Assembly (NCBI GenBank): GCA_028716165.1
Contig: JAQUQI010000005.1
Span: 24,996-88,995, forward strand
DNA: 64,000 nt
Origin: Candidatus Omnitrophota bacterium
GTDB lineage: Bacteria; Omnitrophota; Gorgyraeia; JABMRG01
Direction: 5' to 3'
Position numbers and translations under genes: made by a program. How positions within the stretch are numbered: position 1 is the first letter of the stretch; every line of letters starts with the position of its first letter. The notes beneath the pieces were generated by a model. The model made no database searches, was not told the DNA's origin, and worked only from the letters and a program-made list of their open reading frames with translations. This document shows, piece by piece, positions 34,543 through 43,597 of this stretch.

Positions 34543-37500
34543 ATGCCCGGCAAAGTAAAATATTATTTTGGTAAAAATAATGAGTTCATAATAGACAATT
34601 ATTATCTTGCCAAGCCGTTTTCAAGTTTCTTTTGCGGCATAGCCGGCCAATGGGGCGTTCCCGCGTGGGTTTTTTATGTAAATCGCGGCCAGGCAATAGC
34701 TTCATTCGGCACGAAGGATAAAGATAATCCGATAATGGAATTTCAGCCTGCCAACAAATCTTATTATCTTGGCCCGATACTCGGTTTCAGGACTTTTATA
34801 AAAATAATGAGCGCTTCAGGGCCTGTTTTTTATGACGCGTTTTCAACAAGCCTTCACAATAGTTCATATGATATTAAAAATTCCATGATCATTACTTCTG
34901 CCGGGCTTAAACTGTCCGAGGTCAATCACACGCTGGGCATCGGGGTTTGCGTAGAATATTTTACCATACCCGGAGACACTTACGGCGCCCTTGCCAGAAA
35001 GGTAACTATAACCAATCTGGCAAAAGAAGCGAAAGAATTTGAGGTATTAGACGGCCTGCCGCAGATTCAGCCTTATGGCGTAAATAATTTTTTTTTAAAA
35101 CAGATGTCGCGCACTATTGAAGCCTGGGTTGTGGTTGAAAACCTTGAGAATGACCTGCCGTTTTTCAGGCTCAAAGTGGAGCCGGCCGACCGTCCGGAGG
35201 TTGTGCATGTAAAAAGAGGTAATTTTTATGCGCCCTTTGATTCTAAGGGGGCAATGAAAGTAATTGTTCAGCCTGATCTTGTTTTCGGCGCGCAAAACGA
35301 CCTAATCATTCCCGCCGCTTTTTTACGAAAGGGCTTTTTCCCGGTTCCAAAGTGCCAGTTTGCCAAGTCAAAGACTCCTTGCGCGTTCGCGTATAAACGT
35401 ATCAGGCTTAAGCAGGGTGATGAGTATGTTTATCATTCTATTTCCGGCAATATCAGCAGTCTGGACAATCTGAAGGCCCAGTCAAAGCGCATAACAGAAC
35501 CGGCTTATTTTGACCGCAAAAAGATAGAGAACGATTCTCTTGTCGCGTCTTTACAAAGCACTGTGTTTACCAAGTCCTCGTCGGCCGCGTTTGATTCATA
35601 CTGCGCTCAAAATTTTCTTGACAATATAATGCGCGGAGGGTATCCGGTTTCCATAGAGTATGCTTCGGGCAGGAAAAACCTGTATCTGTATTCCCGTAAA
35701 CACGGCGACCTTGAACGCGATTATAATATGTTTTTGCTTGAACCTTCCTGTTTTTCACAGGGCAACGGTAATTACCGTGACATTAATCAAAACCGCAGGT
35801 GCGATGCCTGGTTTAACCCGGCGCTCGGCAGTGAAAATATATATTATTTTTTCAACCTTCTACAGACCGATGGGTATAACCCGCTCGTAATATGCCCCGA
35901 CCGGTTTGAATTCAATCAAGACAAGGCCGCGATAAGCGGTTTTTTAAACCGTTATAATATGGAAAAGGTATCGGCATTTCTTAAAAATGATTTTACTCCC
36001 GGCGAGCTGATGAACTTTATTGACAGCAATAACATCATGCTAAGAGGCTCCAGGCCCGGCCTGTTAAGCGTTATTATGGAGAATTCAACAAAACATTCGC
36101 ACGCGGTTCATGGAGAAGGATTTTGGACGGACCACTGGCATTATTGCCTTGACCTTCTGGAGAGTTTTGCTGGGTTATACCCTGAAATGTTGAATGAAAT
36201 ATTGTTCCAAAAAGAGGATTTTACTTTCTTTGACAACGCGTATATTGTTAGTCCAAGAAGCAAAAGGCATCTCCTGCATAAAGGTTTTTTTAGGCAATTC
36301 GGCAGTGTTGTAAAAGACGCTGAAAAGGAAAGTATTATCGCTTCACGGGGAAGGCCGGCTAATATATCAAGGTCTAAAAACGGCAAAGGCGGCATATATA
36401 ATACGACACTGCTTGTCAAGATGGCGGTTGTTATAGCCAATAAATTCGCAAGCCTGGACCCCTTCGGCTGCGGCATAGAAATGGAAGCGGATAAACCTAA
36501 TTGGTATGACTCTCTCAACGGCCTGCCCGGGCTTTTGGGTTCATCAACTTGCGAGACTTTTGAGTTAAAAAGATGGATCATGTTTTTAAGGGGCGCGGTC
36601 GCGGGATTAGGGCCTGCGAAGAAAAACAGCGCCCGTATCCCGGTTGAGCTATATGACCTATTAAACGGATTATGCCGGACATGCGAAAGCGGCTTAAGCG
36701 ATTTCACGCGCTGGGACAGGAGAAACAGCTTAAAAGAAAAATACCGCTTAAAGACAAAATTTGGTTTTGAAGGCAGTGAAAAAGAAATAAGGCTTAAAGA
36801 GCTGGATTCTATATTGCGCGTATTTTTGTCGTTAATTGACAGGGGCCTGGAAAAGGCTTATGATAAAAAGTCAAAACTTTACCGCTCTTATTTTATCAAT
36901 GAGGCGGTTGAATATAGCGCTGTATCAAAAGATCCGGACAAGGTTTATGCCAGGGCCGGGAAATTCCGGCAGACGCCTCTTCCTTTTTTTCTTGAAGGCA
37001 TGGTACACGCGTTCAGGGTATCCGGCAAAAAGGATTGCCTGAAATATCACAAGACGGTCCGCTCCAGCGGGCTGTTTGATAAAAAGCTTAAAATGTATAA
37101 AGTCTGCGCAGCGCTTTGCAGCATGCCGGAAGAGATAGGCCGTTCGCGCGTGTTTACTCCGGGCTGGCTTGAGAATGAATCTGTCTGGCTGCATATGGAA
37201 TATAAATATATGCTGGAATTATTGAAATCAGGCCTTTACAGGGAATTTTTTGATGATTTTCGCAATGTTTTTGTTCCGTTCATGAAACCGGAGATATACG
37301 GCAGGAGTATATTTGAAAATTCTTCTTTTATTGTCTCAAGCGCTTTTCCTGAAAAGGGCCTTCATGGCAATGGTTTTGTGGCGCGCTTAAGCGGTTCAAC
37401 GGCGGAATTCATAAATATCTGGCTGATTATGTGCCTGGGGCATAGGCCGTTTTATTTAGACAAGGAAGCAAGGTTATGCGCCGGATTCAAGCCCATCCTT

Positions 37501-37764
37501 CCCGGCTGGTTGTTCACCGCGGGGCCGGCAGAGGGGTTTGCGAAAGGTGTTTTCGCGTTTAGTTTTCTTTCAAAGACGCAGGTGGTTTATCATAATCCTT
37601 TGAGAAAAGATACTTTCGGCCCGTCAGGGGCAAAAATAAAGAGTATTTTTATGCGATGGACAGACGGCAGGACAGCCCGGTTTAAGGGTGCCTCTATACC
37701 GTATCCTTATTCAAACGACATAAGAAAAGGCGATATTTCGCGTATAGAGATAGAAATGGCCTGA
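34543..37764 (+). CDS. Large (1073 aa) putative glycoside phosphorylase/hydrolase distantly resembling the GH94 superfamily (GH94/GH149/GH161-like)
   Basis: No signal peptide. N-terminal beta-sandwich-like region followed by an (alpha/alpha)6-like region (…DHWHYCLDLLESFAGLYPEM…). Adjacent to a bona fide GH94 gene. This assignment is weak. Confidence 0.4.
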   Translation: MPGKVKYYFGKNNEFIIDNYYLAKPFSSFFCGIAGQWGVPAWVFYVNRGQAIASFGTKDKDNPIMEFQPANKSYYLGPILGFRTFIKIMSASGPVFYDAFSTSLHNSSYDIKNSMIITSAGLKLSEVNHTLGIGVCVEYFTIPGDTYGALARKVTITNLAKEAKEFEVLDGLPQIQPYGVNNFFLKQMSRTIEAWVVVENLENDLPFFRLKVEPADRPEVVHVKRGNFYAPFDSKGAMKVIVQPDLVFGAQNDLIIPAAFLRKGFFPVPKCQFAKSKTPCAFAYKRIRLKQGDEYVYHSISGNISSLDNLKAQSKRITEPAYFDRKKIENDSLVASLQSTVFTKSSSAAFDSYCAQNFLDNIMRGGYPVSIEYASGRKNLYLYSRKHGDLERDYNMFLLEPSCFSQGNGNYRDINQNRRCDAWFNPALGSENIYYFFNLLQTDGYNPLVICPDRFEFNQDKAAISGFLNRYNMEKVSAFLKNDFTPGELMNFIDSNNIMLRGSRPGLLSVIMENSTKHSHAVHGEGFWTDHWHYCLDLLESFAGLYPEMLNEILFQKEDFTFFDNAYIVSPRSKRHLLHKGFFRQFGSVVKDAEKESIIASRGRPANISRSKNGKGGIYNTTLLVKMAVVIANKFASLDPFGCGIEMEADKPNWYDSLNGLPGLLGSSTCETFELKRWIMFLRGAVAGLGPAKKNSARIPVELYDLLNGLCRTCESGLSDFTRWDRRNSLKEKYRLKTKFGFEGSEKEIRLKELDSILRVFLSLIDRGLEKAYDKKSKLYRSYFINEAVEYSAVSKDPDKVYARAGKFRQTPLPFFLEGMVHAFRVSGKKDCLKYHKTVRSSGLFDKKLKMYKVCAALCSMPEEIGRSRVFTPGWLENESVWLHMEYKYMLELLKSGLYREFFDDFRNVFVPFMKPEIYGRSIFENSSFIVSSAFPEKGLHGNGFVARLSGSTAEFINIWLIMCLGHRPFYLDKEARLCAGFKPILPGWLFTAGPAEGFAKGVFAFSFLSKTQVVYHNPLRKDTFGPSGAKIKSIFMRWTDGRTARFKGASIPYPYSNDIRKGDISRIEIEMA

Positions 37765-37883
37765 CCGTCCCCCGCCCGCCGGTTATGATTTTAATGCTTG
37801 ATTATTTTCTGTTTATGTGGTATATAGATATCCTGAAACATTTAACCCCCTAAAAGGCTCTATTATAGGAGAATCCCATCAGA

Positions 37884-40316
37884 ATGAACCTGAAAAAATA
37901 CGGCTATTTTTCCAAAGACCGTCTTGAATTTATTATAACTAATCCTGTCACCCCCAGGCCTTGGATTAATTATCTTACCAATGAAGACTATTGCGCCGTT
38001 ATATCGCAAAATGCCGGAGGTTATAGTTTTTACAAAGACTGCCGAAGCGATAGGATACTGCGGTGGCAGCCCGATAACTGGCATTTTGACAGGCCGGGCA
38101 GGTATATTTATCTAAGGGATAAAAATACCGGTAAATGCTGGTCAGCCTCTTATCAGCCGATGAGGGTCAAACCGCAATTTTATCAGTCGCGGCATGGCTT
38201 GGGTTATACTATTACAAATACCACATATTACGGTATTAACATTGAAACCACATTTTTTGTCCCTTGCCATGATACCTGTGAAGTGTGGCATGTGAAGATA
38301 TCAAATGATACGTCAAAGACTAAAAACCTGGAGGTATATCCGTACGCGGAATGGCTTCTTGGGGATTACCATCAGGAACTTCGTTACCGCAATATAATGA
38401 ACCTTTACAATAGGGTCTGGTTTGATAAAACCAAAAAGGCCGTGTTTGCCAAAAAAACGGCATTCTGGGCGGATATGCGGATAAAACCCTATCCTTATAT
38501 AAATTTTCTTGCTTCAAGCCTTCCTGTGGCAGGCTATGCCACGCAAAAAGACGGTTTCTTGGGGCGATATAATACGGAGGAAACGCCGCAGGCTGTCCTT
38601 GAGGGGAGTTTTAAGAATTCAGGGTTTACTTCAGGCGAGGATTCTATAGCGTGTCTCAAACATAATGTGGTTTTGAAACCCGGCTCGCGCAAGGAATTTA
38701 CCATAGTGCTGGGGCAGACCGACAAAGATGACCATCTATCCGATATACTTGCAAAATACCGCAATGTTAAAAAAGCAAAAGAAGAATTTGCCAGAGTCAA
38801 GGCGCTTTGGAAGAAGAGAATCGCAGACAACATTGTGATAGAAACGCCGGATGATGATTTTAATAATATGATGAATTACTGGGTTAAGTACCAGGTTTAT
38901 ATATGTAATTTTTGGTCGCGTTCACCCAGTTATTATCATGAAGGTTCAGGCGGGCGGGGATACAGAGATTCATGCCAGGACGCTGAAAGTATTATGGCTA
39001 TAGACACAAAGCACGCCAAAAAGAAAATCAGGCGCATAGTTTCTCTTATCAGAAAAGACGGCACATGCGCCCCGGGTTTTTCCGATACCACAGGCCCTGC
39101 CGGCCACAGGCCGAACAAGGACCATCCTATTTGGCTTACCATGACTGTGTCGGCCTATGTCAAAGAGACCGGTGATAAGGAAATATTGCTTGAATATGCC
39201 CCCTATCTTAAAGACAAATGGATAAACGGCTGGTCTGTTGACACAAACTATCAGGCCGGCATTTCTACCGACGGGGAAGGGACTATATTTGACCATCTTG
39301 AGAGGAACCTGAATTTTACCTTTAATGATGTAGGGCCCAGAGGCCTGCCTCTTATAGGCCACGCGGACTGGAATGACGCGATAGACGCCGCCGGTATCAA
39401 GCTTAAGGGGGAAAGCGTCTGGCTTGCTATGGCGCTTGTCAGAAGCCTTAAGACATTGGCTGAAATGGCACTGCTTATAGGTCAAACGGAAAAAGCCGAT
39501 CAGCTTTTACATAAAGCCGGCACAATGACCGGCAGGATAAATGATTCCGCCTGGGACGGGAATTGGTACGTAAGGGGTTTTACTGATGAAGGGTTTATTT
39601 ACGGTTCCCGCAAAAATAAGGAAGGCAGGGTGTTTATCAATACGCAGAGCTGGGCCGTGCTTTCCGGTGTGGCTGATGCCGCGCGCAGAGAAAAAATACT
39701 GAAATCCGTTGATAAATATCTTAATGGTCCGCACGGCCTGGCGTTATTTTATCCGGCTTTTTCCAAATGGGACAGCAGATTAGGAAGGATCAGCATGTTT
39801 TCGGAAGGCACCAAGGAGAATGCCGCGGTATTTTGCCACGCGGTCATGTTTCAAGCGGTCGCGGAATGTATGGCCGGCCGAGGGAACAAGGCATATGAGG
39901 CTATGAAGAAGATCATGCCATGTAATCAGAAGGACTACGATCTTTATAAGACAGAACCTTTCGCCTATGCGGAATATATTGTAGGCCCCCAGCACCCTTA
40001 TCTCTCCGGAGAGGGCGCTTTTACATGGATAACGGGTAATGCGGGTTGGAATTTTTTGGCGGCTACCGAATGGGTATTGGGCGCCAGGCGCGAATATGAA
40101 GGTTTGCGTATAGATCCCTGTATACCAAGTTCCTGGAAACAGGCAAGGATAAAAAGGCCTTTTAGAGGGTCTATTTATGATATATTGATCAAAAACCCTG
40201 ATAACAAAGAAAAGGGAGTCAAAAAGCTTATTGTTGATGGCAGGCAGATGGAGTCAAATCTTATTTATCCGCACTCGGACGGCAATGTCCATAAAGTTGA
40301 GGTTCTTTTAGGCTGA
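37884..40316 (+). CDS. GH94 glycoside phosphorylase (cellobiose/chitobiose/cellodextrin phosphorylase family)
   Basis: The N-terminus matches GH94 throughout: PRPWINYLTNEDYCAVISQNAGGYSFYKD ... RHGLGYTITNTTYYGINIETTFFVP ... EVWHVKISN. 810 aa, cytoplasmic. RBS ATAGGAGA. Confidence 0.8.
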   Translation: MNLKKYGYFSKDRLEFIITNPVTPRPWINYLTNEDYCAVISQNAGGYSFYKDCRSDRILRWQPDNWHFDRPGRYIYLRDKNTGKCWSASYQPMRVKPQFYQSRHGLGYTITNTTYYGINIETTFFVPCHDTCEVWHVKISNDTSKTKNLEVYPYAEWLLGDYHQELRYRNIMNLYNRVWFDKTKKAVFAKKTAFWADMRIKPYPYINFLASSLPVAGYATQKDGFLGRYNTEETPQAVLEGSFKNSGFTSGEDSIACLKHNVVLKPGSRKEFTIVLGQTDKDDHLSDILAKYRNVKKAKEEFARVKALWKKRIADNIVIETPDDDFNNMMNYWVKYQVYICNFWSRSPSYYHEGSGGRGYRDSCQDAESIMAIDTKHAKKKIRRIVSLIRKDGTCAPGFSDTTGPAGHRPNKDHPIWLTMTVSAYVKETGDKEILLEYAPYLKDKWINGWSVDTNYQAGISTDGEGTIFDHLERNLNFTFNDVGPRGLPLIGHADWNDAIDAAGIKLKGESVWLAMALVRSLKTLAEMALLIGQTEKADQLLHKAGTMTGRINDSAWDGNWYVRGFTDEGFIYGSRKNKEGRVFINTQSWAVLSGVADAARREKILKSVDKYLNGPHGLALFYPAFSKWDSRLGRISMFSEGTKENAAVFCHAVMFQAVAECMAGRGNKAYEAMKKIMPCNQKDYDLYKTEPFAYAEYIVGPQHPYLSGEGAFTWITGNAGWNFLAATEWVLGARREYEGLRIDPCIPSSWKQARIKRPFRGSIYDILIKNPDNKEKGVKKLIVDGRQMESNLIYPHSDGNVHKVEVLLG

Positions 40317-40442
40317 TCATGCCTTTTTGTGCGGTTTTTAGGCAGATTTTGTCTTAAAAACTGCTGATAAAAATCAAAAAATTAATCGGTGGGAAGAATA
40401 AAAATAGATTTTTTTAAAACTTTAGAAAATAATACAAAAAGC

Positions 40443-40478
40443 TTGACAAAAGATAGGTTTTCTGCTATATTTATAATA
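40443..40478 (+). promoter_or_regulatory. Near-consensus sigma70-type promoter upstream of the family-A gene
   Basis: TTGACA (40443-48), a 17-nt spacer, TATATT, and a TATAAT just downstream. Confidence 0.5.
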
Positions 40479-40605
40479 TAAAAGTAGTTTTTTGTAGTTT
40501 TGTTTATTATTATTGTTTTATATATAAAGTAATAAGAGAGGAGAAAAGATGAAATTTCTTACTTGGAGTTTTATTAAAAAATTTACCGGAAAGGAGGTGA
40601 AAAAC

Positions 40606-41352
40606 ATGAGAGTATTATTATCCATTATTATGACCATTACGATGGTAATCTCTACAAGCGGACTGTCTTTTGCCGAGTTCTCAAGCATAGGCAAAAGCAC
40701 TTTTTCCGCTTCAGGCACGGTAGGCGGTTCGGGCGGTGTTACAGTGGCTTTTAGCGCCAACCTGAAAAACATTACAGGCGATACTACAAGCTCATCTGTA
40801 ACATGGTCTACAATTACCGCGGGCACTACCGGATGGTTGGCGGCACAGCAGTATATCGCTGTGCAAGGGTTTGCTACCTACAGTGATTGGGGTATACAGA
40901 TATATACCAATAACACCAATTATACTGGATCAGGTGACCCTGCCGGATTGATCAATCAAAGCAATACTATTTACAGTTTGCCTATGGCATGGAGAACAAA
41001 GACAACCAAACTTGCTTCAGGCAGTACTGAACTTAGTATAATTGAAAAGACAGTCGGAGGATATGCAGTCCTCGCCGATGGAACAGGGCAGACTTATTAT
41101 CCCTGGTTCTATATGCTTGATAAGCGATCGGATCTGGATACAGCTACTGCCGGCGTTCAGGCATTTGGTAACTATCAGGAGTATGCGACCTTTATAGGTT
41201 CTAAAGGTTATCAGCATGCGCCTTCAGATTATGCCACGCCGTCTTCTGCTGATATGACATATTATGTTTATCTTGGAGCCAAGTTTACGCAGGCGGCCCC
41301 GGGAGCGACATACGCTACCAGTTCCTTGACCGTAGAGATGTATCGTCTCTAA
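40606..41352 (+). CDS. Secreted protein, family A (shares its mature N-terminus with the ORF at 43598 and a core domain with the ORF at 41464)
   Basis: RBS AAGGAGGTGA 6 nt upstream of the ATG at 40606. The alternative upstream ATG at 40549 also has a strong SD. Signal peptide ...SGLSFA | EFSSIGKSTFSASGTVGG. The domain VTWSTITAGTTGW...WGIQIY.NN...GDPAGL.N......SLPMAW is paralogous to the ORF at 41464. Confidence 0.55.
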   Translation: MRVLLSIIMTITMVISTSGLSFAEFSSIGKSTFSASGTVGGSGGVTVAFSANLKNITGDTTSSSVTWSTITAGTTGWLAAQQYIAVQGFATYSDWGIQIYTNNTNYTGSGDPAGLINQSNTIYSLPMAWRTKTTKLASGSTELSIIEKTVGGYAVLADGTGQTYYPWFYMLDKRSDLDTATAGVQAFGNYQEYATFIGSKGYQHAPSDYATPSSADMTYYVYLGAKFTQAAPGATYATSSLTVEMYRL

Positions 41353-41429
41353 TATATAAGATTTTCCTGGCCCTGCCTGACACGGTTAAGCTATCAGGCA
41401 GGGTTAGGACAGGGCCAGGTTCTTATATA
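41353..41429 (+). terminator. Extended GC-rich imperfect hairpin between the two family-A paralogs (terminator/attenuator-like)
   Basis: TATATAAGA-tttt-CCTGGCCCTGCCTGA ... TCAGGCAGGG(ttagga)CAGGGCCAGG-tt-TCTTATATA. Begins 1 nt after the stop codon and has no U-run. Confidence 0.4.
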
Positions 41430-41463
41430 TTAGAAAAGTTTTTATTTGTATCCGGGAGATACT

Positions 41464-42753
41464 ATGAGATTTACTAACATGTATAGAAAAAATTCTATGT
41501 ATTTATTTGTCACGGCCTTAGTATTGTCTGTGGCCTCGTACTGTTATGCCGCTGACAGCGCCTCTGTTGTTGTCAAAGGTCTTACAGAGGGCAGTCTGAA
41601 TGTTGTTGTACGCAATATCAGTAACAATCAGCCGGCAAGTAACGGCCTTATTACATGGAGTAATCTTATCGCGGGCCAGACAGGATGGAGAGTAGCCAAT
41701 CAATACATAGAGATTTCTCATAGTGGTTTGCCGGCAGGCTGGGGCATACAGATATATTCGGACAATAAAAACACATCGGCCTCTCCTAAATATATCGGTA
41801 CCGCTAATCCCGCCGGGTTAGTCAATGCTAAATATTCCGTATTATCTGCGCCTATGGCGTGGCAGGTGACGGATTCTGTCATAAGCCCTACTACCCCTGT
41901 CCAGCGAGCTGATAATACTGGTTTCACCAATTATCTGTGGCATTTTTTAAAAGATGTCAATACTACCGATGACCCTAAAACAGAAGCCTATAATGAGACT
42001 TTCCAGAACGCAGAAGATTATATAACGGTCTGGAACCAGTCTGGCATAGCGTGGAATGAAGGCGGCAGGACCGGCAACCCCAAGAAGGCGTATATTTATT
42101 TGGCGGCAAACTTTACCATGTCCCCTGCCGGATCCCAGTATCAGACATCAACTCTTACTATTGAAGTTTATAAAGGCGTTTCACCTTTTCCTGTATATAT
42201 CTATAAGGATGCTTCTTTGGCGGATTATCCAGACGAAGCAGGTGCCACGCTTGCTAATCACTTTAACCCTTCAGGTTGGATGAATTACAATGGCCAATTT
42301 AGCGTTAATCCGAAATGCAAATCTGTTATACCTTATTCGCCTCCGCACTGTTTTGAGATTACATGGAATGGCAATGAGGGAAGCGATGGATGGACATGGG
42401 GAGGCATCCAATGGCTTGAACCGGCAGATATATGGGAAAAAAATGGCAAAAGCGCTACGCATAACGGTTATGACTTAAGAGGGGCCTCCGCTTTAACTTT
42501 TTGGGCGCGCACCAATACGGATAATAAAAGAGGGTTGAGTATAGGTATCTATATGGGTAATACTTGGGATTCATGTAAACAGACGAGTACGGATTGGGTA
42601 TCGCTTAGCACGCAGTGGAAGAAATTCAGCATTTATGTCAGCGGACGAAATATGTCCAATGTTACCGGAGGCCTTGCGATAGTATTTGATTCGGAACACG
42701 ATCCTGAACCCGAGGGTTGTGTAATATATATTGATGATATTAAGTTTGAATAA
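41464..42753 (+). CDS. Secreted two-domain protein: N-terminal family-A core domain plus C-terminal CBM-like beta-sandwich (paralog 3 of the CBM-like family)
   Basis: Signal peptide ...SYCYA. ITWSNLIAGQTGW...WGIQIYSDN...ANPAGLVN...LSAPMAW parallels the ORF at 40606. The C-terminal NHFNPSGWMNY...WTWGGIQW......GYDLRGA..L.FWAR........YIDDIKFE parallels the ORFs at 23789 and 31641. Confidence 0.55.
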   Translation: MRFTNMYRKNSMYLFVTALVLSVASYCYAADSASVVVKGLTEGSLNVVVRNISNNQPASNGLITWSNLIAGQTGWRVANQYIEISHSGLPAGWGIQIYSDNKNTSASPKYIGTANPAGLVNAKYSVLSAPMAWQVTDSVISPTTPVQRADNTGFTNYLWHFLKDVNTTDDPKTEAYNETFQNAEDYITVWNQSGIAWNEGGRTGNPKKAYIYLAANFTMSPAGSQYQTSTLTIEVYKGVSPFPVYIYKDASLADYPDEAGATLANHFNPSGWMNYNGQFSVNPKCKSVIPYSPPHCFEITWNGNEGSDGWTWGGIQWLEPADIWEKNGKSATHNGYDLRGASALTFWARTNTDNKRGLSIGIYMGNTWDSCKQTSTDWVSLSTQWKKFSIYVSGRNMSNVTGGLAIVFDSEHDPEPEGCVIYIDDIKFE

Positions 42754-42804
42754 TGTAATATTTGGCGGCCGAAAGATCAGAGTATTGCAGCTGATAAGGC
42801 CGAG

Positions 42805-43578
42805 ATGAACATGAAAAAGAATATATATATAATAATATTAGTAGTAATGGCGCTTATGGCGCCCGTTCAAGCGAGGGCCGGGATTATGGTAACGCCTGAT
42901 AGGCATATTGTATTTCTTGATCCGGGCGAATCAAAAACCGTGATATATAATATTCACAATGAAGGGGCGGAAGACATTAATATGATCATAGAGCCTAAAG
43001 GCTGGTCAGGGTTAAAAGATCCCTATGCCTGGCTGTCTTTGGAAACAGATGAAATATACGTTCGCGCCGGAGAGTCAACGCCTCTTGTAGCAAATATCAA
43101 TGCCCCTGAAAAAGAAGCGGGGGAAATGGTCGCCATGCTTTTTCTTTGTTATAAAGATAAAATGGGTTCTCAATTAAATATAAAAAACGGTGTCCCGCTT
43201 TATATGATAGTGAAGGGGACGGAATATTATAGTTTAAATATAAAAGATATTCATATCTCTTTTTCCAGAAAAAATGATTTTCTTGACCTTAATTTTAACG
43301 TAGAAATGGAAAATACCGGTAATGTTCATATCGTGCCGGATATCAGTATTGCGATAAAAAACAATAACGGCAGACAGCTTAACGAATTGATATTAAAGAG
43401 GCCTCATATTGTCTTACGCGGCAAGACCCAACTATATACGCTTTCTTGGCGCGAGCCGGATTTAAGAGACGGCACCTACAAAGCTACCGTGATGTTTGAA
43501 TTTGAAGACAAGATAAAACAGACGATAAAAGAGTTTGAATTTAATTTGTCCGGGGTTAACGTAAGCCTCGTGGAATAG
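42805..43578 (+). CDS. Periplasmic beta-sandwich protein with a PapD/pilus-chaperone-like N-terminal pattern (tentative)
   Basis: Signal peptide ...VQARA. GIMVTPDRHIVFLDPGESKTVIYNIHNEGAEDINMIIEPKGW resembles the chaperone N-domain pattern (TR.VF.G.EKS.T..I.N....P.L.Q.W). Weak. Confidence 0.3.
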   Translation: MNMKKNIYIIILVVMALMAPVQARAGIMVTPDRHIVFLDPGESKTVIYNIHNEGAEDINMIIEPKGWSGLKDPYAWLSLETDEIYVRAGESTPLVANINAPEKEAGEMVAMLFLCYKDKMGSQLNIKNGVPLYMIVKGTEYYSLNIKDIHISFSRKNDFLDLNFNVEMENTGNVHIVPDISIAIKNNNGRQLNELILKRPHIVLRGKTQLYTLSWREPDLRDGTYKATVMFEFEDKIKQTIKEFEFNLSGVNVSLVE

Positions 43579-43597
43579 ACGAAAGCAGGCGGTTAAT

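Noticed and set aside
42805-43578. Confident annotation of the ORF at 42805 as a chaperone-usher pilus chaperone
   Set aside because: Only the first ~40 mature residues resemble the PapD N-domain pattern, and no obvious usher gene is adjacent. Kept as tentative, with low confidence.
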